Assembly: GCA_963667465.2 (NCBI GenBank)
Contig: CAXXDN010000002.1
Coordinates: 864,001 to 928,000, forward strand
Direction: 5' to 3'
Source of the DNA: Dehalococcoidia bacterium
GTDB lineage: Bacteria > Chloroflexota > Dehalococcoidia > UBA2979
DNA length: 64,000 nucleotides
Shown here: positions 9,925 to 19,072 of the stretch, piece after piece
Numbering within the stretch: position 1 is the first letter of the stretch
Layout: every line of letters begins with the position of its first letter
The notes under the pieces: generated by a model
The model's input: only the letters and a program-made list of their open reading frames with translations
Told to the model about the DNA's origin: nothing
Database searches by the model: none
Position numbers and translations under genes: made by a program

Positions 9925-12396
9925 CTACGGGTACCCCGTGCCCGGCGGGTCGTACTCCGCGGGGTCGAACAGCGGCTCGGAGGTGACGACGCGCTGCTCG
10001 CGCAGGCTCGCGATCTCGGCGGCGTCGTACCCGAACTCGGCGAGGAGGGCGTCGCCGTGCTCGCCGGCCAGCGCGCCGGCGCGGTACGAGCCGGGCGTGC
10101 GGCTCAGCGTCACCTGCGGGCCGTGCCGCCGGTAGTTGCCCCAGAGCGTGTGTTCGGCCTCGAGATCCCAGCCGTTCGCCTCGATCTGCGGGTCGTCGGC
10201 GAAGAACTCGCCGGGCGATCCGCCGTCCGCCTGCACGCAGCCCACGCCGAGCGGCGCGAGCAGCCCCTCCCACTCGAGGGCGGCGCGCTGCGCGAAGAGG
10301 CCGCGCAGCTCCTCGCAGAGCTCCGCGTCGTGCTCCCGGCGCGCCTCGCCCGTCGCGAAGCGGACATCCGAGGCGAGGTCGGAGCGGCCGCTGGCCTCGC
10401 AGAACGTCGCCCACTCGCCGTCCGTAACGACGCCGAGGAAGACCCAGCCCTCGGCGGCCCGGTAGAGGCGGTAGAGCGCGTTCAGGCCGTGCAGATCGGC
10501 GTCGACCGTCGGGCGTGACGCCTTGCCCTCGTAGGAGAGGAAGTCGTCGGAGTTCGCGTAGGCGTTCGCGCCGAGCATGCTCATCGAGACCAGCTGCCCG
10601 ATGCCGAAGCGCTGCTGCGCGTAGAGCCCGAGCAGCATCGCGTTCTGGACCACGGAGCCGGTATTCGGGTCCGGGTTGCCCTCGTTCGCTCGGTAGAGCC
10701 AACGTGCGGCCTCGCTCGCGTCGGGGATCGAGCCGACCGCGGTCGGCGGCATCGCCGCGCCGGCCTGGTAGAGCTGGCCGCCGGTGGCCGCGCCGGGGAT
10801 CGGGTGCGCCGAGGGCCGAGCCGCGCTCGGTCCCTTCGGGCCGTAGCCATTGACCTGCAGGTAGACGATGTCCGGGCGGATCTCACGCACCTGCTCGTAG
10901 CCGATGCCGAGCCGCTCCGGCACGCCGGGCCGGAAATTGTGCATCACCGCGTCCGCCTCCTCGATCAGGCGACGGACGATCGCGCGGCCTTCCTCGCGCT
11001 TGAGGTCGATGCAGATGCTCTCTTTGCCCGCCGAGGTCTTGGCGATGCCGCAGAAGGAGCCGAGCCCGTAGCCCATCCCCCGGTAGGGGTCGCCCTCGGG
11101 CGCCTCGACCTTGATCACGCGCGCGCCGAGGTCCGCGAGGAAGGTGATGCCGAGCGGTGCGGCGATGATCGTGCCGAACTCGATGATCGTGACGCCCTCG
11201 AGGGGTGGGCGGTCGCTGGGGGTGGCGTCGTTGGCAGGCTGCCAGGGTGCGCGCGGCGCCTCGGCGAGCACCTCCTGCGTGTGCTCGCCGGCCTCGGCGA
11301 ACCATTGCGGCGGCTCGCCCGGCGTCTCGCTGAGCTGCGCGATTGGCCCCAGCTGCCGCACGGGACCATGGCGCGGGTGGTCGAAGGCGACGACCTCGCT
11401 GTTTGCCTCGAGGTCGGGGTGGAGCAGGCCTTCCTGTGCCGACTGCACCGGCTCCGAGGCGATCTGGCCGTCCTCCTGGAAGAGCTCCATCCACTCGTCG
11501 AGGCTGCGGTCCTGCATCCGCTCCAGCATGAGGTCGCTCAGCGCGCGCCGTGTTTCCGGGGTGAGTCCCGTCGGTGCGTTCACGAAGCGGGGATCCGCGT
11601 AGATCCCGGAGAGGCCGATCGCGCTGATGTAGGCGTGGAAGTGATGCTCGAGGAGGTTTGCGAGCTGGATCCAGCGCCCGTCGCTGGCGACGACGGGGTG
11701 GTACTGGAGCGTCGGCATCGGCTCGAACTTCGCGTAGGGGTCCCCCTCGAAACCGCGCGGGTAGCGGCGGGCGAGCTGCGTGCGCACGAGGCCGAACAGG
11801 TCGGGCGGGAACATGCCCTGCAGCAGGCTCGTCTCGACGAGCTGGCCCTTGCCGTCGCGGTCGCGCGCGAGCAGCGCCCCGAGGATGCCGTTGACGGCCG
11901 ACTGCGAGGCGGCGTGACTGCCGACCTGCACTGCGGTGTACGCGGGGCCAGCGCGGCGCGGCTGCCCGGCGAACGACTGCATGCGCCCGGACTTGGCCGA
12001 CACGACGCCCTCGTACGGCGCGTAGTTGGCATACGGCCCGCGCGGCCCGAAGGCCGTGATCGAGCAGTAGACGAGACCGGGGTTGTCGATCGAGAGCGTC
12101 TCGTAGTCCGCGCCAAGCTGCTCTGCCTGCCCCGGCCGGTACGAGGCGACGACGACGTCGGCGCCGACGGCGAGTGCGTGCAGTCGCTCGCGCCCGGCCG
12201 CGGTCGTCAGGTCCAGCTCCACGCTGCGCTTGCCGCGCAGCCACATCGGCGAGGCCGGGAGGCGCCGCAGGGGGTCGCCGCCGGGGCGCTCGACCTTGAT
12301 CACGTCGGCGCCGAAATCGGCGAGGACCATCGTGGCGATGCCGCCGGCCGGTCCACTGCTGAGATCGATCACACGCAGGTCTTCGGCGAGCTGCAT
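9925..12396 (-). CDS. Tandem (double-domain) CoA-transferase family III
   Basis: Two CaiB units (VIDLSSGPAGG...GADVIKVERPGGD and IIEFGTIIAAP...GARVIKVEAPEGD). Confidence 0.92.
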   Translation of the reverse strand: MQLAEDLRVIDLSSGPAGGIATMVLADFGADVIKVERPGGDPLRRLPASPMWLRGKRSVELDLTTAAGRERLHALAVGADVVVASYRPGQAEQLGADYETLSIDNPGLVYCSITAFGPRGPYANYAPYEGVVSAKSGRMQSFAGQPRRAGPAYTAVQVGSHAASQSAVNGILGALLARDRDGKGQLVETSLLQGMFPPDLFGLVRTQLARRYPRGFEGDPYAKFEPMPTLQYHPVVASDGRWIQLANLLEHHFHAYISAIGLSGIYADPRFVNAPTGLTPETRRALSDLMLERMQDRSLDEWMELFQEDGQIASEPVQSAQEGLLHPDLEANSEVVAFDHPRHGPVRQLGPIAQLSETPGEPPQWFAEAGEHTQEVLAEAPRAPWQPANDATPSDRPPLEGVTIIEFGTIIAAPLGITFLADLGARVIKVEAPEGDPYRGMGYGLGSFCGIAKTSAGKESICIDLKREEGRAIVRRLIEEADAVMHNFRPGVPERLGIGYEQVREIRPDIVYLQVNGYGPKGPSAARPSAHPIPGAATGGQLYQAGAAMPPTAVGSIPDASEAARWLYRANEGNPDPNTGSVVQNAMLLGLYAQQRFGIGQLVSMSMLGANAYANSDDFLSYEGKASRPTVDADLHGLNALYRLYRAAEGWVFLGVVTDGEWATFCEASGRSDLASDVRFATGEARREHDAELCEELRGLFAQRAALEWEGLLAPLGVGCVQADGGSPGEFFADDPQIEANGWDLEAEHTLWGNYRRHGPQVTLSRTPGSYRAGALAGEHGDALLAEFGYDAAEIASLREQRVVTSEPLFDPAEYDPPGTGYP

Positions 12397-12462
12397 CCGT
12401 CCTCCGTGGCTCCTCGCGCCTGCCGCCGGGCGCTTCCGGCTCGCATCATAGCCGCGAGCCGC

Positions 12463-13248
12463 CTACCCCGCCGTTACGACCACCTCGCTACCGCGCACGA
12501 GGCCAAGCGTTGCGGTGGCGCTGCCGTTGCGCATGGCCACCTCCAGCAGATCGGCGCTGCCAATCAGCGCCAGCGGCTCGCCCTCCGCCACGTCGCCGTA
12601 TGTCCGCGCCAGCGCCAGCCGCCGCCCGCCGGCCTCGACGCTCGCCCCGCGCCCGCCGCCGGCTGTCTCAATGTCGGAGCGCCCGAGGTTGGTGATCGCG
12701 TTGCCGAAGCGGTCGACATGCAACACCTCGCCGACGAGCCGTCCGCCCTCCCCACGCGGGTGCGGCAGCAGTAGCTCGACAAGGTCCTTGACCGGCGGGC
12801 CGAGCTCCTGCAGCGCGCCGCCGCACGCGAGGAAGGCGGCGGCGGGCGCGAACAGGTCGCGGCCGTGGAAGGTGGCGCTCACCGGCTCGCGACGCAGCGA
12901 GGCGCGCTCGACCGAGCGGACCGCCTCGAGCGCCACGCTCCTCGCGAGCAGCGTGAGCAGGCCATTGTCCGGGCCGACGACGATCTGGCCGCCGAGGCTC
13001 GCCGCTATCGCGCGGCGGTCCGTGCCGACGCCGGGATCGACGACGGCGAGATGGACCGTGCCAGGCGGGAACGTGGGCACGGCAGCCGCGAGGAACAGCG
13101 CGCCCTCGAGCACGTCCTGCGGCGCGATCTCGTGCGTGAGTGCGAGGACGCGGACGCCCTCGCACTGCGTGAGCAGCACGCCCTTGAGCTGTGCGACGTA
13201 GGGATCGCGCGTCCCGAAGTCGGTGGTCAGCGTGAGAATTCCAGGCAC
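12463..13248 (-). CDS. SAM-dependent chlorinase/fluorinase (DUF62, SAM hydroxide adenosyltransferase) family
   Basis: LTTDFG, VVDPGVGT, GPDNG, SATFHGRDLFAP, VDRFGN. Confidence 0.92.
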   Translation of the reverse strand: MPGILTLTTDFGTRDPYVAQLKGVLLTQCEGVRVLALTHEIAPQDVLEGALFLAAAVPTFPPGTVHLAVVDPGVGTDRRAIAASLGGQIVVGPDNGLLTLLARSVALEAVRSVERASLRREPVSATFHGRDLFAPAAAFLACGGALQELGPPVKDLVELLLPHPRGEGGRLVGEVLHVDRFGNAITNLGRSDIETAGGGRGASVEAGGRRLALARTYGDVAEGEPLALIGSADLLEVAMRNGSATATLGLVRGSEVVVTAG

Positions 13249-13254
13249 GTCGCG

Positions 13255-13260
13255 AGGATA
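13255..13260 (-). promoter_or_regulatory. Putative -10 element (TATCCT) 6 nt before the GTG start, suggesting a leaderless mRNA
   Basis: TAnnnT hexamer 6 nt upstream of the start codon, with no Shine-Dalgarno in between. Confidence 0.5.
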
Positions 13261-13296
13261 GCGCGACGGGAGCGCGACGGGGCGCGCGCGGCTTGA

Positions 13297-13860
13297 TCAG
13301 CCTGGCGCGACCTCCGCGACCTCCGCGACCTCCGCGCCCTCGCGCGGACGGACCGCGGATGAGGGGCGCGCTCCGGCCTCCCCGGTCGCCTCGCTACGGC
13401 GGATGCGCATGGCGACGGCGATCAGCGCCGCGCCCGCCAGCTCCAGCAACTCCTCGATCACGACGACGCTCGCGAGGTTGTCGAGCAGCACGGCGACCGC
13501 GGCGATCCCGAATCCGAGCGTCAGCACGGCGAAGGCGCGAGAGCTGCGCCGGAGTTCGACGAGGTGCATGAGCGAGATCGCGGCGGCCAGCAGTACGTAC
13601 CCGGCGAGGACCACGTCGTCCCAGTGCGAGGTGTGCCACGGCGCGGGCGCGCCCAGCGAGGCGATCGCCCAGCCGATCGCCTCGTGCAGACCGAGCAGCT
13701 CGTCGAGGGCGAGGATGGTGAGGCCGACAGCCGCAAGCCGCCAATAGCCCGCGCGCAGGCTCCTCCAGCAGCGGAATGCCTCGGCCGCCGCGCAGATCAG
13801 CAGCGCCGCGACGGCGGCATCGATGAACGTGAAGACGGGCGTGACCACCATGGTGGTCAC
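13297..13860 (-). CDS. Hypothetical membrane protein
   Basis: About 5 hydrophobic segments; LDELLGLHE and IEELLEL motifs; start uncertain. Confidence 0.6.
   Translation of the reverse strand: MTTMVVTPVFTFIDAAVAALLICAAAEAFRCWRSLRAGYWRLAAVGLTILALDELLGLHEAIGWAIASLGAPAPWHTSHWDDVVLAGYVLLAAAISLMHLVELRRSSRAFAVLTLGFGIAAVAVLLDNLASVVVIEELLELAGAALIAVAMRIRRSEATGEAGARPSSAVRPREGAEVAEVAEVAPG
13306..13336. repeat. Tandem repeat CGCGACCTC x3.4 (AEVAEVAEV at the C-terminus of 13297-13860)
   Basis: Read directly; an 11-bp duplication AGCGCGACGGG x2 lies nearby at 13260-13281. Confidence 0.85.
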
Positions 13861-13948
13861 GCCCGCCCGCTGATCCGGTCGCGCATGCGCCGCCTCATCA
13901 TGGGGCGGCGCATGCGGTCCGGGTTAGTCCGCGCGTGCCTCGAAGCGC

Positions 13949-14977
13949 CTAGCCTTCTTCGGGCCAGCCGCCCGGGGTTTCGCCGTCGTCCAGCGCACTG
14001 CGGATGGCGTCGGCGGCATCGTCGGTCACCCAGGTGCTCCAGACGGCCTCGTTGCCGTTGAGCCACCAGAGGGCGGCGTCGTTGGCGTCGGCGTTCGGGT
14101 TGTCCTGGAGCCAGGCGGCAACGGTGCTGTACTGACCGATGTCGAAGGTCCAGTTACGCAGGAACGCGACGATGTCCGGGGCGTTGGTCACGACGTCCGG
14201 GTGCGCGGCGATCAGGATCGTCGCGTCCTCGTAGGCGCAGGCCTTGGTCGTGAACCAGCACTCATCGCTGTACTCGGGCTCGGTGAGTCGCACGAGGTCG
14301 AGGACCAGCGCGGGGTCATTGGTGCCCCACTGGTAGCCGAGCCAGGGCTCGCCCTTCTCGTACGCGCCGAGAATGTCGGCATTCGCCGCCGCGCCGTCGC
14401 CGGGGTTGACGACGTGAACGTGGTCGGAGAGACCGTAGCCCTCGATCTGCGCGGCGTTGACTTCCTCACAGGACCAGCCGATCACGCAGGAGACCAGCCG
14501 TGCCTTGCCGCCGCTTTCGGCGGACACGAACAGCTCCTTGAACTGCGGATCCTTGAGGTCCTCGACGCTGTCGAGGTCCGGGTACTGCTCTTGCAGGTAC
14601 GCCGGGATCACGAACGCGGACTGCCAGTCCTTGCCAAGGCTCTGGCCGAGCGAGACAACCTCGCCGTTGGCCTGCGCCTCCGCCCAGGCCTCGTCCTGGT
14701 TCGGGAGCCAGATCTCCATCGTGATGTGCGTGTCGCCGGCCCGCAGGCCCTGGAACAGGGGCAGCGTGGCTCCGAGCACCACGTCGGTCGGGTACTCGTA
14801 GCCCATTTCGACGACGTACTGGGCGATGCGGTTCTGGACCTGTGCGCTGGTCCAGTTCAGGTCGCTGAAGACGAGAGTCTGCTTGTCGCCATCACCATCG
14901 TCCTCGCAGGCCGCCGCGAGCGCGAGGACCAACATCGAGATCATGGTGAGAGCGAACAGCTTGTACCTTGTCAGCAA
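13949..14977 (-). CDS. proX: Glycine betaine/proline ABC transporter substrate-binding lipoprotein
   Basis: Lipobox AAAC; LNWTSA, MEIWLPN, CVIGWSC, WLGYQWG; last gene of a proV-proW-proX order. Confidence 0.85.
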   Translation of the reverse strand: MLTRYKLFALTMISMLVLALAAACEDDGDGDKQTLVFSDLNWTSAQVQNRIAQYVVEMGYEYPTDVVLGATLPLFQGLRAGDTHITMEIWLPNQDEAWAEAQANGEVVSLGQSLGKDWQSAFVIPAYLQEQYPDLDSVEDLKDPQFKELFVSAESGGKARLVSCVIGWSCEEVNAAQIEGYGLSDHVHVVNPGDGAAANADILGAYEKGEPWLGYQWGTNDPALVLDLVRLTEPEYSDECWFTTKACAYEDATILIAAHPDVVTNAPDIVAFLRNWTFDIGQYSTVAAWLQDNPNADANDAALWWLNGNEAVWSTWVTDDAADAIRSALDDGETPGGWPEEG

Positions 14978-15148
14978 ATCCCAACTCCTTTCATCGGGGA
15001 TTCATGCTTGAACGCCTCGGAGCGCGTCACGGCTGGTGGCGCCGACGAACGTACCAGCGACTGATCGCGCCGAAGGCGTCGCCTCCGCAGGTGCGGGGCG
15101 GCTCGCGGGTTTGACTGCGCTGGGGGTTGTTCATCACGGCCGGCCAGG

Positions 15149-16219
15149 TCAGCCGGCGCTCATGCGTCCCTTCTCGCCGGAGCCGATGGATTGTGTCAGA
15201 CGATCGATGATGATGGCGAGGAAGACGATCGCGAGTCCCGCGATCAGCCCGTTCCCCGACTGATTCTTCTGCAGCGCCCGCAGCACGTTGTCGCCGAGCC
15301 CCCCGGCGGCCACCATGCTGGCGATGGTCACCATCGCCAGCGCCATCAGCGTGGTCTGGTTGATGCCCGCCATGATCGTGGGCAGCGCCATCGGGATCTG
15401 GACCTTGGTGAGCACCTGCCACGGCGACGACCCGAACGCGAGCGCCGCCTCCACCACCTCCGGCGAGACCTGGCGGATCCCGAGGTTCGTCAGCCGGATC
15501 ACCGGCGGCACCGCATAGATCACCGTCGCAAAGATGCCGGCCGGCTTGCCGAGACCGAAGAAGAGGATGCCGGGGAGCAGGTAGACGAAGCTGGGCATCG
15601 TCTGCATCGCGTCGAGGATGGGACGCATCACGTTGTCGGCGATGCTGTTGCGTGCGCCGAGCACGCCCAGCGGCAGGCCGATCGCGAGCGAGATCGCTAC
15701 CGCTACCGTGATCAGTGCGATCGTATCGATCGCGTTCTCCCAGAGATCCATGAACCCGATGTAGAGCAGTGCGAGCGCCGTGAAGCCCATCAGGGTCCAG
15801 CGCCCCACCGCGAATGCGAGCAGCGAGAGGCCAACTATGATTACCGGCCACGGAACCCACTTCAGTACGTCCTCGATATTCACCAGCGCGTACGCGATCG
15901 CTTCGCTGATGCCGTCGAACAGCCAGTCGCCCTCGGTGGTCAGCCAATCGACCGCGCGGTCGATTGCATCGCCGGTCTCTCCCCGGATGGTGCTCTCAAG
16001 CGTGACCGTTCTCTCGCCTGCCGGAGTCTCGGACTCCGACAGCGTCGTGGGGAAGCCCATCCCCGGTCCCCAGACAAGCAGGCTCACCACGAGGACCACG
16101 AGCAATGCCCCGACCGCCCCCAGCAGCGGCAATCGGGAGTGGAGCCCTCTGACGAGGCGCCTGGCGGACAGCATGCTGGCGGCGCTTCGCTGCGCCCCCT
16201 CGGCGTCGGTGCCGGCCAT
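15149..16219 (-). CDS. proW: Glycine betaine/proline ABC transporter permease
   Basis: PILDAMQTMPSFVYL, RLTNLGIRQV, EAALAFG (EAA loop), IMAGINQT. Confidence 0.92.
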   Translation of the reverse strand: MAGTDAEGAQRSAASMLSARRLVRGLHSRLPLLGAVGALLVVLVVSLLVWGPGMGFPTTLSESETPAGERTVTLESTIRGETGDAIDRAVDWLTTEGDWLFDGISEAIAYALVNIEDVLKWVPWPVIIVGLSLLAFAVGRWTLMGFTALALLYIGFMDLWENAIDTIALITVAVAISLAIGLPLGVLGARNSIADNVMRPILDAMQTMPSFVYLLPGILFFGLGKPAGIFATVIYAVPPVIRLTNLGIRQVSPEVVEAALAFGSSPWQVLTKVQIPMALPTIMAGINQTTLMALAMVTIASMVAAGGLGDNVLRALQKNQSGNGLIAGLAIVFLAIIIDRLTQSIGSGEKGRMSAG

Positions 16220-17101
16220 CTACGCGGTCTCCCGGTTGTCCGCGGTGACGGACAACATCCCACCGGCCCGCAGCTCGGCGACACTCGAGACGTCCTGTAC
16301 GAAGTCCGCGACGTACTCGTCCGCCGGGCGCGTGACGATCTCTTCCGGCGGGCCTTCCTGGACGATCTCGCCGTCACGCATGATCGCGATCCGATCGCCC
16401 AGCTTGATGGCCTCGTTGAGGTCGTGCGTGATGAAGACGATGGTCTTGTGCAGCTGGTCCTGGAGCGCCTTCAGTTCGTCCTGCATCCTCCTGCGGATCA
16501 GCGGATCGAGGCCGCTGAACGGCTCGTCCATGATCAGCACCTCCGGCTCCACCGCGAGCGCCCTCGCGATGCCGACGCGCTGCTGCATCCCGCCGCTCAT
16601 CTCGTGCGGGTAGTAGTCCTCCCAGCCATCGAGGCCAACCGTCTCGATCGCCTCCCGTGCGGCCCTGTACCGCTCATCCTCGTTCATGCCCTGGATTTCG
16701 AGGCCGTAGGCGACGTTGTCGAGGACGCAGCGGTTGGGCAGCAGCCCGTAGTGCTGGAAGACCATTGCGATCTGCTTGCGGCGGAAATCGGTGAGCTCCC
16801 CGGCGCCGTAGTCGAGGATGTCTTCGCCGTCGAAGCGGATTGCGCCACGGGTCGCCTCGATCAGCCGGATCAGGCAGCGAGCAAGCGTGGACTTGCCGCT
16901 TCCCGAGAGGCCCATGACCACGAACGTCTCGCCCGGCTTGACACCAAAGGACACGTTCCGAAGACCAATTACAGCGCCGAGTTCATCCTGGATCTCAGAT
17001 CGGGTTTTATCGATATATTCGGGCTCGAAAACCAGATCGGCGTTATCGCCGAATATCTTCCACAGCCCTTCGACCTGTATCAGTTGTTCGTTTTGGACCA
17101 T
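16220..17101 (-). CDS. proV: Glycine betaine/proline ABC transporter ATP-binding protein
   Basis: [38 protein letters not shown]; no CBS tail. Confidence 0.92.
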   Translation of the reverse strand: MVQNEQLIQVEGLWKIFGDNADLVFEPEYIDKTRSEIQDELGAVIGLRNVSFGVKPGETFVVMGLSGSGKSTLARCLIRLIEATRGAIRFDGEDILDYGAGELTDFRRKQIAMVFQHYGLLPNRCVLDNVAYGLEIQGMNEDERYRAAREAIETVGLDGWEDYYPHEMSGGMQQRVGIARALAVEPEVLIMDEPFSGLDPLIRRRMQDELKALQDQLHKTIVFITHDLNEAIKLGDRIAIMRDGEIVQEGPPEEIVTRPADEYVADFVQDVSSVAELRAGGMLSVTADNRETA

Positions 17102-17324
17102 ACCATGATTGTTGGTCTGCACCAACAATCTACAGGTACCCCCGATCTTTCCTCGACAATGGGCGTGCGAGAAACCCCTGCCCGGGAAGCGGACTATAGC
17201 ACGATCGCCTGTGGCCGTCACAGCGATCCCGACCCTTCCGGCCGCCCGCGACGCCCGCGCGAGCCGGGTCCGCTATCCTCCGCGCGCGCCCCGGCCAGCG
17301 CGCCGGGGCAGGATGGAGGACCAG

Positions 17325-18221
17325 ATGCGCCACTCGACCGCCTTGCGGGCCCGGCTCGACGGGCCCGAGATCATCGTGCTGCCCGGCGCCTACGACGCCC
17401 TTTCGGCGCGGCTCGCGCAGCAGGCCGGCTTCGATGCCGTCTTCACGACCGGCTTCGGCTTCTCCGCCGCCGCCCTCGGGGCCCCCGACTATGGCCTGCT
17501 CACCGCCTCCGAGGTGCTGGACCGCGTGCGCCTGATCGTCGCCGCCGTCGACGTGCCGCTGGTCGCCGACATGGACACGGGCTACGGCAACCCGCTCAAC
17601 GTGGTCCGCACGGTGCGCGAGTGCGTGAGCGCAGGCGTCGCCGGCATCATCCTCGAGGATCAGGAGTGGCCGAAGAAGTGCGGCCACTTCGAGGGCAAGC
17701 GCGTCATTCCCGCCGAGGAGCAGGTGCAGAAACTGCACGCCGCCGTCGACGCCCGGGACGACGACGACCTCGTGATCATCGGGCGCACGGATGCGCGCGC
17801 TCCGCTTGGCCTGGAGGAGGCGATCCGCCGCGGGCGGCTCTATCACGAGGCCGGCGCCGACGTCGTGTTCGTCGAGGCGCCGCAGTCGATCGACGAGCTG
17901 AAGGCGGTGCGCGAGGCGATCCCGGACGCGCCGCTCTTCGCGAACATGATCGAGGGCGGCAAGACGCCGCTGCTCTCGACGAGCGAGCTGCAGGAGCTGG
18001 GTTACGGGATGGTGGTCTTCCCCCTCGCGGCGCTGTTCAGCGCTGCCAGGGCGGTCGCCGCGACCTTCCGCGCCCTCCACGACGAAAAGACCACGGCGAG
18101 CCGCGTCGACGCCCTCACCGGCTTCCACGAGTTCGAGCAGATCGTCGGCGCCCCCGACTGGCACGAGCTGGAGGTGCGCTACGGCGTCACGGAGGGCGCT
18201 GCGCAAGGAGCGAGGCGGTGA
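17325..18221 (+). CDS. Isocitrate lyase/PEP mutase family protein (methylisocitrate lyase / carboxyPEP mutase-like)
   Basis: PGAYDALSA, ADMDTGYG, LEDQEWPKKCGH, RTDAR, ANMIEGGKTP; GGAGG upstream. Confidence 0.9.
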   Translation: MRHSTALRARLDGPEIIVLPGAYDALSARLAQQAGFDAVFTTGFGFSAAALGAPDYGLLTASEVLDRVRLIVAAVDVPLVADMDTGYGNPLNVVRTVRECVSAGVAGIILEDQEWPKKCGHFEGKRVIPAEEQVQKLHAAVDARDDDDLVIIGRTDARAPLGLEEAIRRGRLYHEAGADVVFVEAPQSIDELKAVREAIPDAPLFANMIEGGKTPLLSTSELQELGYGMVVFPLAALFSAARAVAATFRALHDEKTTASRVDALTGFHEFEQIVGAPDWHELEVRYGVTEGAAQGARR

Positions 18222-18370
18222 GCATCAACAAGACTCGAGGGTTCCTCTACTGGCTGGCGAAGCTGCTCGGCGACATCAACGCCGTACGGCGCGGGCGCGT
18301 CGGACGCCGCGTCGCGCGGCGCGCCGTCGGCAAGGCGACGGGACGGGGGCTGGGCAAACTCTTCAAGTAG
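18218..18370 (+). CDS. Small basic 50-aa protein (MSINKTRGFLYWLAKLLGDINAVRRGRVGRRVARRAVGKATGRGLGKLFK)
   Basis: GTGA start/stop overlap with the upstream gene, AAGGAG upstream, codon usage like neighbours; appears in the ORF track only as the tail of a spurious 1059-aa ORF. Confidence 0.7.
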   Translation: MSINKTRGFLYWLAKLLGDINAVRRGRVGRRVARRAVGKATGRGLGKLFK

Positions 18371-18380
18371 CCGCGGCGCC

Positions 18381-18728
18381 TCAGAGCGCGAGGTGCAGGC
18401 GGATCGCATCGTCGATCGCGGCCATCACGTCGCTTGGTGCGCGGCCGATCGGTCCGCGGACGCGATCCATCGAGATCGCCCGGATTTGTTCCACCTGCGC
18501 CTTGGAGAGCGTGCGGAGGCCCGTCCCGCGCGCGCCGATCAGCACCTGGAACGGTAACAGCGGCTCGGTGCGACTCGTGATTGGAACCACCGTCACGGCG
18601 CCCCGGCCCAACTCCCGAACGGCCCGATTGGCGCGCTCGTTCGTGACGATCACCGCTGGCCGAACCTTGTCTGCCTCGCTCGCCCGGGCGGGCTCGAAAT
18701 CGGCCCACACGATGTCGCCGCGGAACAT
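18381..18728 (-). CDS. mazF: PemK/MazF-family type II toxin (endoribonuclease)
   Basis: RGDIVWADFEPARASEADKVRPAVIV, VVPITS, SKAQVEQIRAI. Confidence 0.92.
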   Translation of the reverse strand: MFRGDIVWADFEPARASEADKVRPAVIVTNERANRAVRELGRGAVTVVPITSRTEPLLPFQVLIGARGTGLRTLSKAQVEQIRAISMDRVRGPIGRAPSDVMAAIDDAIRLHLAL

Positions 18729-18994
18729 CAGTCCTCGCGCGCGGGCTCAGCGGCCCACTCCGCCGACCAGTCTTCGGGCTCCAGACCGTCGCCGACCGTC
18801 ATGTCCCACAGCGCGGCGTCACCGGAGGATGCCCAGTCCTCCCAGGCAGTCTTGTACGCCTCGACGAGCTCGTCGTCGCGCAGTCGCTCCAGCGCCTTCC
18901 TCAAGACTGCCGAACGCGACGCCTCGCCGTGTTCGGCGATGTACCGATCGACGAACTCGACATCCTGTTCGGGCAGGCTCACGCTCAGCTTCAT
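18728..18994 (-). CDS. Ribbon-helix-helix antitoxin (MazE-like)
   Basis: MKLSVSLPEQDVEFVD...SRSAVL, acidic C-terminus WDMTVGDGL; 1-bp overlap with the toxin gene. Confidence 0.88.
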   Translation of the reverse strand: MKLSVSLPEQDVEFVDRYIAEHGEASRSAVLRKALERLRDDELVEAYKTAWEDWASSGDAALWDMTVGDGLEPEDWSAEWAAEPARED

Positions 18995-19000
18995 AGAACG

Positions 19001-19058
19001 ATGCTACCCGAATGTACCTTGCCTTGCTACCCGGAGTACTACCCACGGCTGCTACTCG
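19001..19058 (-). promoter_or_regulatory. TA promoter/operator: -10 TAGCAT 6 nt before ATG, plus four TRCTACYC direct repeats
   Basis: + strand TGCTACCCG at 19002 and 19025, TACTACCCA at 19037, TGCTACTCG at 19050. Confidence 0.55.
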
Positions 19059-19072
19059 CCCTGCCGTGCGAT

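Noticed and set aside
12463-13248. Halogenase (fluorinase/chlorinase) for natural-product biosynthesis
   Set aside because: Length and motifs fit the widespread DUF62 SAM hydrolase, and there is no biosynthetic cluster context.
15191-18370. 1059-aa plus-strand ORF, and similarly long ORFs at 29848-33237, 36032-39457 and 10804-12774
   Set aside because: Antisense or alternate-frame shadows of real genes, expected in high-GC DNA. Only the last 50 codons of 15191-18370 look genuine.
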